In this document: piece after piece, positions 42,696-53,675 of the stretch
Position numbering within the stretch: the first letter of the stretch is position 1
Layout: each line of letters starts with the position of its first letter
NCBI GenBank assembly: GCA_963778655.1
Contig: CAVZVA010000005.1
Span: 352,001-416,000 of the forward strand
Reading direction: 5' to 3'
DNA: 64,000 nucleotides
From: an uncultured delta proteobacterium
GTDB lineage: Bacteria; Myxococcota_A; Polyangia; Polyangiales; JAFGIB01
Position numbers and translations under genes: made by a program
The notes under the pieces: model-generated
Database searches by the model: none
What the model was told of the DNA's origin: nothing
Seen by the model: the letters and a program-made list of their open reading frames with translations, nothing else

Positions 42696-44027
42696 TCAGA
42701 AGAACTTCTGCTCTTCGAGCGCAGCCACCTTGCCCAGCTCCTTGAGCAGGCGCCCCTGGATTTCGACCGTCTTGTCCATCAGCGCCTGGGTCTCCATCAG
42801 CTCGCCGCGGAAGTCGCCGAAGAGCTTCGCGCCCGCCCCGAGAATCGGCATGCTGTGGCCCTTGTCCACCAGAATCACGTAGTCGCCTTCTTTGTCCGCA
42901 AACTCCGGCTGGCCCGTGAACAGCTTGCGCTCGACCTCGCGGCCGCCTTCGCGCGACGAGACCAGCATGATCTGGCTGGCGTCGTCCTTCTCGGCTTTGC
43001 CCTTGCCCTTGCCCTTGGACTTGGACTTGGACTTGGCGGCATCGTCGGCGGCGTCCGGGGGCTTGGGCCGCACCACGACCAGCCCGCCTGCGAACAGGTC
43101 ACCGGATTTCGTGACGACCAGGCCGTAGTCGGTGGTCAGCAGCTGGTCCGTCGTCTTCGCGGACTCGTCGAGCTTCTTGCGCGCGTTGTCGCCCGCGGTC
43201 TTGGCGCTCAGCACGGCGAACTTGTCCCACATCAAATTGATGTTGTTGTAGTAGTCGAACAGGTCATCCACCACCGAGGTGGGGAAGGCCAGGTAGCGGC
43301 GCCGCGAGAACTCGCCGGCCGAGAAGGGTTTCTTGATGCCGACCAGCTGCTGCACCGACGCGTAGTCGACATGCGCCTGCTTGCCCGGGCCGCCCGACGA
43401 GGCCTCCACCACCTTGTGCAGGTCTTCCTTGGCGCTGTCGAGCTGCTTGGAAACCGCCTGGATGCGCGCGTAGATGTCCTTTCCGTCGCGCACGGCCATG
43501 TTGTACTGCTTGCGCTCGGCGCCGGTGCTGAAGACCATGAAGCCGGCGGCCAGACCGAACACCAGTCCGATCAGAAGCAACACGACGTTGCGCATGTTCG
43601 ACTTGCGGCCGATCTCGTCTTCCTTGACCGCCGAGTCGTCGATGACGAGGCGCACTTTCTTTTCGGCCACAACGGCCGGCGCCATCACGTCGAACGGCGC
43701 CACGCCCGCCGGTCGCGCCGCGGGTGCCGGAGCGGCGCCGGGAACCGGAGCGGCGCCGGGGCGCGCCACCGGCTGCGGCAGCCTGGCTCCGGGCTGCTGC
43801 GAGGTGGGCCCGGCAAACGGCGGCGCCGGCACGCTCGCCGGGGCCAGCGGATTGCCGATCGGCGGCCGCATTCCAGGCGGCACCGACCCGCCTGCGACGG
43901 GCGGAGGAACGGACCCCCCGCGGCCCACGGGCGGCATCGACCCCCCCACTTGGCCGGGGGTCACGGTACGGCCCAATCGGGCTTTCAGGTCCTTGATATC
44001 ACGCGGTTTGTTTGACGGTGTTGCCAT
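42696..44027 (-). CDS. Hypothetical single-pass membrane protein with Pro-rich N-terminus
   Basis: 443 aa; repeated GGS(M/V)PP; one TM; helical C-terminal domain. Confidence 0.75.
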   Translation of the reverse strand: MATPSNKPRDIKDLKARLGRTVTPGQVGGSMPPVGRGGSVPPPVAGGSVPPGMRPPIGNPLAPASVPAPPFAGPTSQQPGARLPQPVARPGAAPVPGAAPAPAARPAGVAPFDVMAPAVVAEKKVRLVIDDSAVKEDEIGRKSNMRNVVLLLIGLVFGLAAGFMVFSTGAERKQYNMAVRDGKDIYARIQAVSKQLDSAKEDLHKVVEASSGGPGKQAHVDYASVQQLVGIKKPFSAGEFSRRRYLAFPTSVVDDLFDYYNNINLMWDKFAVLSAKTAGDNARKKLDESAKTTDQLLTTDYGLVVTKSGDLFAGGLVVVRPKPPDAADDAAKSKSKSKGKGKGKAEKDDASQIMLVSSREGGREVERKLFTGQPEFADKEGDYVILVDKGHSMPILGAGAKLFGDFRGELMETQALMDKTVEIQGRLLKELGKVAALEEQKFF

Positions 44028-44303
44028 TGCCTCTGGCCTTGCTCGTGGACTTGCTCGCAGCTCGCAGTGGGCTGTCTAACCTGGTCTGCCGCCGGTGTCC
44101 GATAAGCTAGGCACGGTATCCGTGCGCGCTCGAGAGTGTCAAGCGGACGCACGTGTATGCCAAAAAGCTCAGTCGAGTCAAACCCTTATACTACGGGGTC
44201 GAGTCGGCGTATAGGCCCAAGTGTGCAAACACTGGGCAGTTGTGGGCTTTTCCATGGCGCAGGGCGGCGACCCGCCACGCGCCAGTGGTAGAGTGCTCCG
44301 GCG

Positions 44304-45206
44304 ATGAAGCCGTTGCAGGCCGAACGCAGACTCGCCTCGCGCCGGGGTGAGATCGTCTACCACGCGTTTGGAAGCGGGCCGCCCCTGCTGTTCGCAGGTG
44401 GGCTGGGCGCGAGCTCGGAAGCCTTCCGGAACCAGATTGCGCACTTGTCAAATCGGTATCGCTGTTTGGTGTGGGACTACCGCGGCGTGTACCGCGATCG
44501 CCGCGCGGAGGGCGGCCGCCCCACGATCGCCGAGCACGCGTGCGATGCGCGTGCCATCCTGGAGCACGAAGGCGGCGGGCGTGCTGCGGTGCTGGGCTGG
44601 TCGCTCGGCGTGCAGGTTGCGCTGCAGCTGTTCGCCGACGATCCCGCGAACATCGCGTTGCTCGTGCTGGTCGCGGGCGGCGCGCGCGCGCCCTGGGGTG
44701 CGTGCCCGGAGGCGGGCCGCATCCGCAGACTGTACCCCGCGTTGCTCGAGTTGTTCGCGCGCACGCCGTCGGCCCTGCTGGCCTCGCTGGTGCAAGCTGG
44801 CAGCAAGTCGCCCGAGACCTTCACCTGGGCGCGCCGGCTGGGCCTGGTGGGCGCGGACGTCGACCCCGAGCTGTTCGCGGAGGTCGCGCGCAACTTCGCG
44901 CGGCTCGATCTGGACGCCTTGATTGGCACGCTGCGTGAGATGTCGGAGCACGATCTGAGCCCTGCGCTCGGGGCGATCGACGTGCCGGCGCTGGTGATCG
45001 GCGGCGACCGCGACCCGTTCACGCCGCGCGCCGCGCTCGAGCGGCTGGTGCACCGCATCCCCGGTGCCGAATACCTGTTGCTCGCGGGCGCCGGCCACTA
45101 CTTGCTCATGGATCACGCCCAGCACGTCAACCTGCGCATCGACAAGTTCTTCGCCGAGCGCGGCTTCGGCGTGGAGGCTAGGCCGCTGTCCTTGCACGCC
45201 AGGTGA
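44304..45206 (+). CDS. Alpha/beta hydrolase
   Basis: WDYRG, GWSLG nucleophile elbow, GGDRD, AGH. Confidence 0.9.
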   Translation: MKPLQAERRLASRRGEIVYHAFGSGPPLLFAGGLGASSEAFRNQIAHLSNRYRCLVWDYRGVYRDRRAEGGRPTIAEHACDARAILEHEGGGRAAVLGWSLGVQVALQLFADDPANIALLVLVAGGARAPWGACPEAGRIRRLYPALLELFARTPSALLASLVQAGSKSPETFTWARRLGLVGADVDPELFAEVARNFARLDLDALIGTLREMSEHDLSPALGAIDVPALVIGGDRDPFTPRAALERLVHRIPGAEYLLLAGAGHYLLMDHAQHVNLRIDKFFAERGFGVEARPLSLHAR

Positions 45207-45228
45207 AAATTTGCTCCCTTGAGCCGTG

Positions 45229-45827
<599 letters not shown>

Positions 45828-45831
<4 letters not shown>

Positions 45832-46838
45832 TCAGGACCTGGATCGCGCGCGTGGCCGACGGCCAAGATCTCGACGCGCAGGCGATGGAAGGCGCAATCG
45901 ACGCGATCCTGCGCGGCGAGGTCAGCACGGCGCAGATTGCGGCGCTGCTGGTGGCGCTGCGGATGAAGGGGGAGACCGCCGAGGAGCTGGCCGCAGCCGC
46001 GCGCAGCATGCGCCGGCAGGCGATCGTGGTGAAGGTGAGCGGGTCGGGGCCGCTGCTGGACACCTGCGGCACCGGCGGCGACGCCTCGGGCACCTTCAAT
46101 ATCTCGACCATCAGCGCGATTGTGGTGTCGGCCGCCGGCGTGCGCGTGGCCAAGCACGGCAACCGCGCCGCGACCTCCAAGGCTGGCAGCGCCGATGTGC
46201 TCGAAGCGCTCGGCCTCGATCTCGGCCAGCCGCCCGAGCGCATCGGCCGCTGCATCGACAGCGTGGGCATCGGCTTCATGTTTGCGCGCGCGCATCATCC
46301 GGCGATGCGGCACGTCGGCCCGGTGCGCGGCGAGATCGGGGTGCGCACGCTGTTCAACTTCATCGGCCCGCTGACCAACCCGGCCGGTGCGACCCATCAG
46401 CTGCTCGGGGTCGGGGACCCCACGCGGCTGCAGACCATGGCGCAGGTGCTGGGCATGCTTGGCACGCAGGCCGCCTGGGTGGTGCACGGGCACGGCGGTT
46501 TGGACGAGGTCTCGCTCTCGGGGCCGACCGCGGTGGCGGAGCTGCGCGGCGGCGAGATCAGGCGTTTCGAGATCGGACCGGAGGACTTCGGGCTGAGCGC
46601 GGCCGAGCCGGCCGCGCTGCGCGGAGGCGACGCGGCCGAAAACGCCGCGATTGTCCGGGCGATCTTGGCCGGGGAGCGCGGTCCGCGCCGCGACGCGGTG
46701 CTGGCAAACGCGGGCGCGGCGCTGTGCGCGGCCGGCGTGGCCGGCAGCCCGCGCGAGGGCGCCGAGCGCGCAGCCCAGGCGCTCGACTCGGGCGCAGCCA
46801 AGGGCAAGCTCGACGCCTGGCTGGCGTTCGGTGGGTAG
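45828..46838 (+). CDS. trpD: Anthranilate phosphoribosyltransferase
   Basis: [35 protein letters not shown]. Confidence 0.97.
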
Positions 46839-46856
46839 CCGGGGGAGGATCACGGC

Positions 46857-47660
46857 GTGGCGGGCGCGATCGATCACCTCGGGCTGATTCTGGCGCGAAA
46901 GCGGCGCGAGAACGCGCGCCGGCGCGGGCACGCGGGCCGGGCGCCGCATGCGGCGGACGGCGGCGACCGCGGCGCGCTCGCGCTCGCAGCCCTGCGGCGC
47001 GCACCCGGCGCTGCGCCGCGTGTGATCGCGGAGATCAAGCACAGCAGTCCCAGCGCTGGCGTGATCCGGACGCGCGCGCGGGGCGCGGTGCAGGCGCTCG
47101 CGCGGCAGTACGACCGCGGCGGTGCGGCCGCGATCAGCGTCCTGTGCGACGGTCCAGGCTTCGGTGGCAGCCCGCTCGACCTGCGGCGCGCTGCGGCCGC
47201 GGCGAGCGTGCCGCTGCTGTTCAAGGAGTTCGTGCTCGACCCCTTGCAGGTGACGCTAGCCCGGGCGCTGGGCGCGCACATGGTGCTGCTGGTGGTGCGC
47301 GCCCTGGACGAGGGCGCGCTGCGCGCGCTGATCGCCGAGGCGCGCGGGCAGGGGATGGAGCCGGTGGTCGAGGCCGCCGACGAGCGCGAGCTCGATCTCG
47401 CGCTCTCCACCTCGGCGCGCATCATCGGCGTCAACGCGCGCGACCTGCGCAGCTTCGGCGTCGATACGGAGCGAGCCCGGCGCGCGATCGAGCGCGTGCC
47501 CTCCGACCGGATCGCGATTCACATGAGCGGGATCACGAGCACCGAGGACCTGGCGCGCGTGGCGCAATCGCGCGCCGACGCGGTGCTGATCGGCGAAGCC
47601 TTGATGCGCGCGCCCGATCCGGGCGAGCGACTGCGCGAGTGGCTGGCGGCGCTTGGCTAG
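46857..47660 (+). CDS. trpC: Indole-3-glycerol phosphate synthase
   Basis: IAEIKHSSPSAG, ISVL, KEF, IGVNARDL, SGI, LIGEALM. Confidence 0.93.
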   Translation: MAGAIDHLGLILARKRRENARRRGHAGRAPHAADGGDRGALALAALRRAPGAAPRVIAEIKHSSPSAGVIRTRARGAVQALARQYDRGGAAAISVLCDGPGFGGSPLDLRRAAAAASVPLLFKEFVLDPLQVTLARALGAHMVLLVVRALDEGALRALIAEARGQGMEPVVEAADERELDLALSTSARIIGVNARDLRSFGVDTERARRAIERVPSDRIAIHMSGITSTEDLARVAQSRADAVLIGEALMRAPDPGERLREWLAALG

Positions 47661-49426
47661 GCGGGGGCGTCGAGCAGGTGCTTGGATTGCCCCTGCGGCT
47701 GCGCTGGCGGCAGGATCACGATGAAGGTGGCGCCCTTTTGCTGCTCGCTCTGGATCTCGATCGTGCCACCGTGCGCGTCGACGATCTGGCGCACCAGCGC
47801 CAGTCCGATGCCGGCGCCGTGCGTGCGCTCGGAATAGAACATGTTGTAGACCTTGTCGCGCTGGCCGGGGTCGATCCCCTGGCCCTCGTCGCGCACCTCG
47901 AGCACGGCGCTGCCATCGGGGCGGCTCGCCGCGGCAATCCGCACACAGCTGCCCGAGGGCGCGGCCTGCAGCGCGTTCTTGACCAGGTTCCAGACCACCT
48001 GGCGGACCTGGTCGCCGTCGACCCAGGCCCACACCGGCGTGTCCGGCAGGACGCGCTCGATGCGCACGCGCTTGGCGGCGGCTGCGCCACGGCCGGCCAT
48101 CTCGGCCACGGCGTCGACGGTGGCGCGCAGGTCGTGGCGGCCGCGCAGCGGCGCGCGCGGGCGTCCCACCTGCAGCATGGTGGCGACCAGATCGTCCAGG
48201 CGCTCCACCTCGTCCAGGATGATTCCGAGCAGGTGCCGCTCTTCGCCATCCAGGTGCGGCGACTCGCGCACCAGCTGCACCGAGCCGGAGATCGAGCCCA
48301 ACGGGTTGCGGATCTCGTGCGCGAGCCCGGCGGATAGACGGCCGAGCACCGCCAGGCGCTCCTGGCGCGCGGCGACCTCGCGCAGCCTGGCGATCTCGCT
48401 GAGGTCCTGAAACAACACCAGCGCGCCGATCGCGGTGCCGTCGATGTTGGTCAGCGGGTTGATCGAATAGCCGACCGGGAAGCGCGTGCCGTCGTCGCGG
48501 CGCGCGCTGCACTCGGCGCGCGCGAGCCGCGCCCCGGCGTCGCTCATGTGGTCGAACAGGCTGCTCCGGTCGACGTCGAGCACGCTCGAAACCGGGCGGC
48601 CCACGACGTCGCGGTCGCGCGCGCGTAGCATTTCCAGCCCGGTGGGGTTGATGGTGCGGATGCGGCCCGCGAGGTCGGTGCTGAGCAGCCCCGACGACAG
48701 CGAGCGCACGATGTCGTCGTTGAGGCGCGCCAGGGTCGCCGCGCTGGCCTTGGCCAGCTGCAGTTGGCCTCCGGCGGTCAGCAGCCGCGCCGAGAGGTTG
48801 CCGGCCAGCACCGTCACCAGCAGCAGGCCGAGCACGTTGAGCAGACCGGCGTAGGCCAGCTCTCCGAGCGGAGGCAGATAGGCATCGGGCCGCTGGTCCG
48901 CGGGCGGCGCGATCCAGCCTGCGGCCAGGCTCACCGACAGTAGCCCGTACAGCAGGATGGCCGCAGCGCCGGTCAGGCGCGCGGACACCGGGCCGACGAC
49001 CATGGCGGCCATCAGCACCGCGACGCCGTACAGGAAGGTGAAGCCGCTGGTCGGGCCGCCGGTCACGTACACCAGACCCGTGGTCACGACCAGGTCGGTG
49101 CCCACCTGCGCCAGCGCCACGCGGTCACGGTGCGCGGCACCGAGTAACCACACCGCGAAGATCAGCGAGGCCCCGTAGATGGCCGCGATCAGGCTGACCA
49201 AGAAGCGCGGGGTGAACGAGTCGAAGCCGCGCTTGTCCTCCAGCGCGATCAGCAGGGTGCCGCCGAGCAGCAGCGTGGCCACGCCCAGGCGCGTGCCCAT
49301 GAACAGCTGCAACCGCGTCACCGAGCGGCGGTCGTCGCCGAGGTCGGTAGGCGGCGGGGGCAGCAGCGAATTGGTTGGAGGCGGCGCACCCGCGGGGCTC
49401 GGCTCCGCGCTCACGCGGTCGACCAT
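47657..49426 (-). CDS. pilS: PilS-family sensor histidine kinase (multi-TM, PAS, HisKA)
   Basis: TGG..S.F.FLY TM motif, PAS, AHEIRNPL, NLVKNALQA, GAGIGLA; immediately downstream of pilC. Confidence 0.88.
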   Translation of the reverse strand: MVDRVSAEPSPAGAPPPTNSLLPPPPTDLGDDRRSVTRLQLFMGTRLGVATLLLGGTLLIALEDKRGFDSFTPRFLVSLIAAIYGASLIFAVWLLGAAHRDRVALAQVGTDLVVTTGLVYVTGGPTSGFTFLYGVAVLMAAMVVGPVSARLTGAAAILLYGLLSVSLAAGWIAPPADQRPDAYLPPLGELAYAGLLNVLGLLLVTVLAGNLSARLLTAGGQLQLAKASAATLARLNDDIVRSLSSGLLSTDLAGRIRTINPTGLEMLRARDRDVVGRPVSSVLDVDRSSLFDHMSDAGARLARAECSARRDDGTRFPVGYSINPLTNIDGTAIGALVLFQDLSEIARLREVAARQERLAVLGRLSAGLAHEIRNPLGSISGSVQLVRESPHLDGEERHLLGIILDEVERLDDLVATMLQVGRPRAPLRGRHDLRATVDAVAEMAGRGAAAAKRVRIERVLPDTPVWAWVDGDQVRQVVWNLVKNALQAAPSGSCVRIAAASRPDGSAVLEVRDEGQGIDPGQRDKVYNMFYSERTHGAGIGLALVRQIVDAHGGTIEIQSEQQKGATFIVILPPAQPQGQSKHLLDAPA

Positions 49427-49502
49427 CGGCGGCACGCGCCGGGAGGCGGCCAGGTTGTGTGCTGCATTCGCATCGGCCCTCGCGCCGGCGGCCGCGCGGC
49501 CG

Positions 49503-50714
49503 TCACTCGGCCTTGACGGCACCGGCGATGTCGAAGATCGGCATGTACATCGCGATCAACATGAAGCCCACCATGCCGCCGATGCCGACCATCATGATCG
49601 GCTCCATCATGGCGGTGAGCGCGCTCACCGCCACGTCGACTTCTTCCTCGTAGAAATCGGCGATCTTGTTCAGCATTTGGTCGAGCGCGCCGGTCTGCTC
49701 GCCCACCCCGATCATCTGCACGACCATGGACGGGAACAGCTTGGTCTCGCCCAGCGGCTCGACCATGGTCTTGCCCTCGGTGATGCGGTCGGCCACGTTG
49801 TTGAGCGCGGTTTCGATCAGCACGTTGCCGGCGGTCTTGGCGACGATGCGTAGGGCGTCGAGGATCGGCACGCCTGAGGCCAGCAGCGTGCCCATGGTGC
49901 GGGTGAAGCGGGCGACGGCGATCTTGCGCATGGTCGGGCCGAGCGCCGGAAAGCTCAGCATCAACCAGTGCCAGAAGCGCTTGCCGCGCTTGGTGCGGTA
50001 GGAATACGAGATGCCGAAGAAGGCGGTGACGGCGCCCGCGGCCGCGAACGGCAGCTTGTCGATCGCGCTGTGGGACATGCCGATCACGAACTTGGTGAGG
50101 GCGGGCAGCTTGTCGGTGCCGCCGAAGTCCGCAAACATCTTTTCGAAGGTCGGCACCACCTTGGTCAGCAGGATGGTGAGCACCGCGATCGCGATGCACA
50201 GGACGGCGATCGGGTAGACCAGCGCGCCGCGCACCTGGCGCTGCAGCTTGACGCGCTTCTCGATGTAGACGCCGAGGCGGTTGAGGATGGTGTCGAGGAT
50301 GCCGCCCATCTCGCCGGCTGCCACCAGGTTGACGAATAGCTCGTCGAACACCTTGGGGTGGCGCTTGAGCGCTTCCGAGAACGTGGCGCCGCCCTCGACT
50401 GTGTTCTTGACGTCCTTGAGGATGGCGTTGAAGGCCTTGTTGTCGCCCTGGCTGGAGAGGATCTCGAGGCACTGCACCAGGGGCAGGCCGGCGTCGATCA
50501 TGGTGGCGAACTGGCGAATGAAGATCACCAGCTCCTGCGACGACACCGGCGTTCCGAAGGGCAGGCGCAGCGCGCCGGCCTTCCTGCGGATCGCAACCGG
50601 GTTCAGATTCTGGGCCTTCAGGCGCTGGTCGACGGACTCCTTGTTCTCGGCGTCCATGACGCCTTTACGGAGCTCACCGGTGCGCGCGCGCGCCTCCCAT
50701 ACCCATTCAGCCAT
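49503..50714 (-). CDS. pilC: Type IV pilus inner-membrane platform protein
   Basis: RQFATMIDAGLPL, AGEMGG.L, GEQTGAL, EPI, MYMPIF. Confidence 0.96.
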   Translation of the reverse strand: MAEWVWEARARTGELRKGVMDAENKESVDQRLKAQNLNPVAIRRKAGALRLPFGTPVSSQELVIFIRQFATMIDAGLPLVQCLEILSSQGDNKAFNAILKDVKNTVEGGATFSEALKRHPKVFDELFVNLVAAGEMGGILDTILNRLGVYIEKRVKLQRQVRGALVYPIAVLCIAIAVLTILLTKVVPTFEKMFADFGGTDKLPALTKFVIGMSHSAIDKLPFAAAGAVTAFFGISYSYRTKRGKRFWHWLMLSFPALGPTMRKIAVARFTRTMGTLLASGVPILDALRIVAKTAGNVLIETALNNVADRITEGKTMVEPLGETKLFPSMVVQMIGVGEQTGALDQMLNKIADFYEEEVDVAVSALTAMMEPIMMVGIGGMVGFMLIAMYMPIFDIAGAVKAE

Positions 50715-50765
50715 GGTTTCTCACGCAGCCAGCAGTGTAGCTGATGGCAAACAACGGGGTCAAAA

Positions 50766-50797
50766 GGCGCGGCTTGTTGGCGCGGCTTGTTGGCGCG
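50766..50797. repeat. 13-nt tandem direct repeat (about 2.5 copies) upstream of pilC
   Basis: ggcgcggcttgtt ggcgcggcttgtt ggcgcg. Confidence 0.8.
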
Positions 50798-50831
50798 CCG
50801 TAACAGGGGCCGTGTGCGCCTGTGTGAGCGC

Positions 50832-52472
50832 TCAGCGGTAGGGATTCAGCAGCAGATCGGGCGGCGGTGCCGGCGCCGCCTCGGGCTTGGGCCGGCGCGC
50901 CGGCTTTTCCGCAGGCGGCTTCTCGCTGGCGGCCGGCGCAGGCCTTTTGGCCGCCGCTTCGTGGTGGACCCTGGGCTCCCTGGGCTCTTCGGGCGGCGCT
51001 GCGTGAGCCGGCGCAACCGGCGACGACGGCCGGGCGCCGACGTGCGCTGTGCTCGCGCTGGCCGCGTTGCCCGCAGGGGTGGTCGCGCTCGGCTCAGGCG
51101 CCGGCGCGGCCGCGCCCGTCGCGGTCTCCGACGCGCTGGGCTCGTTGGCGGCCGCGGGGGCGCTCGGCGGCGGTTCTGGCGCGGCCGCGCTGGGCAGTGG
51201 CTTGCCCTGGGGCAGCGGCGAGCTGGTTACCGCTTGTTCGCCCTGGCGCAGCAGCGCCGTGAGCGCAAGCCCGGCGGCCACCAGCACCAGGGCAGCCAGC
51301 ACCCACACGCTCCAGCGTCGCGGCTGCGCGGCCAGCATGCCGAGCGCCGGAGCCGGAAGCTCGATCGGCGGCGGCGCGGGCGGGCTCACTCCGACCGGCG
51401 CGCGGGGGTGCGCCTCGAGCCCCTCGGGCGGGGCGGGCTCGCTGCCGCCCGCGCTCGCGATCTCCGCGATCGCGGAGCGGATCAGCTCGCTGTCGCGCTC
51501 GATCTTCTCCGCGGCGTATTCGCGCACCAGCTTGGCGACCGCGCGTTGATTGGCCAGCCCGCCCAGCGTATCGGCGCGCTCCTCGATCGCCTCCGCGAAC
51601 TCCTCGGCGGTCTGATAGCGCTCGGCTGGATCGCGCGCCAGGCCCTTCTCCAGCACCGGGTCGAACGGTGCGAGCGCGGGATCGACCGCGGACGGCATCG
51701 GGATCGGCTCGATGCAGATCTTGTTGAGCGTGGCGGCCTGGTTCTCGGCGCGGAACAGCCGGCGCCCGGTCAGGCATTCCCACAGGATGATCGCGACCGA
51801 GAACAGGTCGGAGCGCTGATCGGCGTCGCCGGTCGACGCGGCCTCCGGCGCCATATACGCCAGCTTGCCCTTGAACTGGCCCTGGCGCGTGGTGCTGAGC
51901 CGCACCTCGGCCTTGGCCACGCCGAAGTCGGTGATGCGGGCGATGCCGTCGGTGCTCACCATGATGTTGTGCGGCGAGACGTCGCGGTGAACCAGGTTGA
52001 TGCGACGGCCGTTCTCGTCGGTGAGGCTGTGCGCCGCGGCCAGACCCTCGAGCGCGTCGACCATGATGCGCAGCGCGATCGGCGCCGGCAGCCGCGAGCC
52101 GAGCTTGTAGGCCTTCTGCAGCAGGGCGCCCAGGTGGTCGCCCTCGATGTAATCCATGACCAGGTAGTAGCCGGCGTCCTGGGTGTCGCTGATGTCGATC
52201 GTGGGCACGACGTTGGGATGCCGGATGCGCGCGGCGAGCCGTGCCTCGTCCAGGAACATGGTGATGAACTCCTGCTCGTGTGCGAGGTGCGGATGCAGCA
52301 CCTTGACTGCGAACAGGCGCTCGAAGCCCGCGACGCCCAGCGCGCGTCCCACGTACACCCCCGCCATGCCGCCGGAGGCAAGCCGAGCCAATACCTCGTA
52401 GCGACCGAGCCGCCGGCCCGACAGGCTGGTGGTAAATGGATCAGGCGGTAGCGCTGTGGCCGAATCGGTCAA
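50832..52472 (-). CDS. Membrane Ser/Thr protein kinase (catalytic motifs intact)
   Basis: LASGGMA, FAVK, HRDVSPHN, DFG, YMAPE; TM; Pro-rich tail ending NPYR. Confidence 0.96.
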   Translation of the reverse strand: MTDSATALPPDPFTTSLSGRRLGRYEVLARLASGGMAGVYVGRALGVAGFERLFAVKVLHPHLAHEQEFITMFLDEARLAARIRHPNVVPTIDISDTQDAGYYLVMDYIEGDHLGALLQKAYKLGSRLPAPIALRIMVDALEGLAAAHSLTDENGRRINLVHRDVSPHNIMVSTDGIARITDFGVAKAEVRLSTTRQGQFKGKLAYMAPEAASTGDADQRSDLFSVAIILWECLTGRRLFRAENQAATLNKICIEPIPMPSAVDPALAPFDPVLEKGLARDPAERYQTAEEFAEAIEERADTLGGLANQRAVAKLVREYAAEKIERDSELIRSAIAEIASAGGSEPAPPEGLEAHPRAPVGVSPPAPPPIELPAPALGMLAAQPRRWSVWVLAALVLVAAGLALTALLRQGEQAVTSSPLPQGKPLPSAAAPEPPPSAPAAANEPSASETATGAAAPAPEPSATTPAGNAASASTAHVGARPSSPVAPAHAAPPEEPREPRVHHEAAAKRPAPAASEKPPAEKPARRPKPEAAPAPPPDLLLNPYR

Positions 52473-53491
52473 AAGCGTCCTTTCATCGCCAAGGCCATGC
52501 CGTGGTCCGTGGGGGCGGCGCCGAAGCTCAGCGCGTGCTCGCTCTCACCGCTGCTCGCGTGCTTGCCCGACCAATCGGTCAGCAGCAGCGCGAACACGCC
52601 GGTTGCGGCCGCCGTGACACCGGTCGCGATCCACAGCACGGTGGTGACCGTCTGCTTGCGCTGGCCGGACTTGAGCAGGCTGTTGGCGGCGTCGTACTTC
52701 GCGGTGCACGTCTTGATCGGGATCGGGCTCTTGCAATTGTTCGAGTCGTTGGCCGCCTTTTCGAACGCATTGACCCCGGAATACATGTTGACGGTGTAGA
52801 CCGTGCTGGTGATCGCCAGCGCGACGGTTACGCCTCCGGCGATCAAGGTCACCAGCGGCGGCAGCGGCTTGTGGCCTGGCCCCGTGCCGGGGTGCTCGAC
52901 GTCAGGCGGCTGGGGCGGGGGCGGCGGCGCCTCGAATGCGAGGCTCTTGGTCTCGCCCGCCTGGCCGCTGACCTCTTGGTGCCGCTCTCCGGTCTCGAAG
53001 CCCGCGGTCACCTGGTGGCTGCCAGGATCGAGGAAGAACGAGTGCGACTCCTGCAACGTGCCGTCGGTATCGAGCGTGCAGCCGTCGCAGCTGACGTCCA
53101 CGCGCATGAGCTGCGGAGCGAGCTGGTCGAGGATGCCCTGCGCCACTTGCATGGCCGAAGCGTCGCCGGCGTAGTCCTGGGTCAGGCGCAGCGCCAGCGT
53201 CGCTGCGCGTGCCGCGTGACCCGCCTGCTGGTGCGCGCGCGCGGCCTGGATCAACGCCGGCGCGGCAGGCGACATGCGGTTGGCGGTTTCGAACCACTCG
53301 GCCGCCTTCTCGTAGTCACCCGACAGATACGCCGCCGTGCCTTGGTCGTATGCCTCGGCTGCAGCCTGGCGCTGGCGCGCATCCGACTCGGCTGCAGCCG
53401 CGCTCGACCACGCGCCGAGCCATGCCGCGAGCATGATGAGCAGGACGATCCGACTTGTTCGCATAGACTCCACCGCTGCGCCCTTGGACAC
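52469..53491 (-). CDS. Exported TPR plus PEGA-like protein with C-terminal membrane segment
   Basis: Signal peptide, TPR helices (YDQG..AY..GDY..A..F..A), beta domain, hydrophobic hairpin, terminal GRF; 4-nt overlap with the kinase. Confidence 0.8.
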   Translation of the reverse strand: MSKGAAVESMRTSRIVLLIMLAAWLGAWSSAAAAESDARQRQAAAEAYDQGTAAYLSGDYEKAAEWFETANRMSPAAPALIQAARAHQQAGHAARAATLALRLTQDYAGDASAMQVAQGILDQLAPQLMRVDVSCDGCTLDTDGTLQESHSFFLDPGSHQVTAGFETGERHQEVSGQAGETKSLAFEAPPPPPQPPDVEHPGTGPGHKPLPPLVTLIAGGVTVALAITSTVYTVNMYSGVNAFEKAANDSNNCKSPIPIKTCTAKYDAANSLLKSGQRKQTVTTVLWIATGVTAAATGVFALLLTDWSGKHASSGESEHALSFGAAPTDHGMALAMKGRF

Positions 53492-53675
53492 GGGTCCGAG
53501 CGGCCCTCCGTCAGTCGGGCCCTAACATACCGAATTCCCAGCTCATTTGTGAACCTGCCAGCATAACTGCTGACGCGCAAGCTCGCCAAAAGATCCCAGG
53601 GTGATCCCAAGTGCTGGAAATCAAATGGCTATGACGCGGCGCCGCGCACATTGGCTCACAGCGCCCGGGGCCGCC

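Noticed and set aside
44109..44126. Sigma-54 promoter-like GGCACG...TGC
   Set aside because: The GG to GC spacing is 12 nt rather than 10; it is a short palindrome. The candidate near 53577-53590 also has the wrong spacing.
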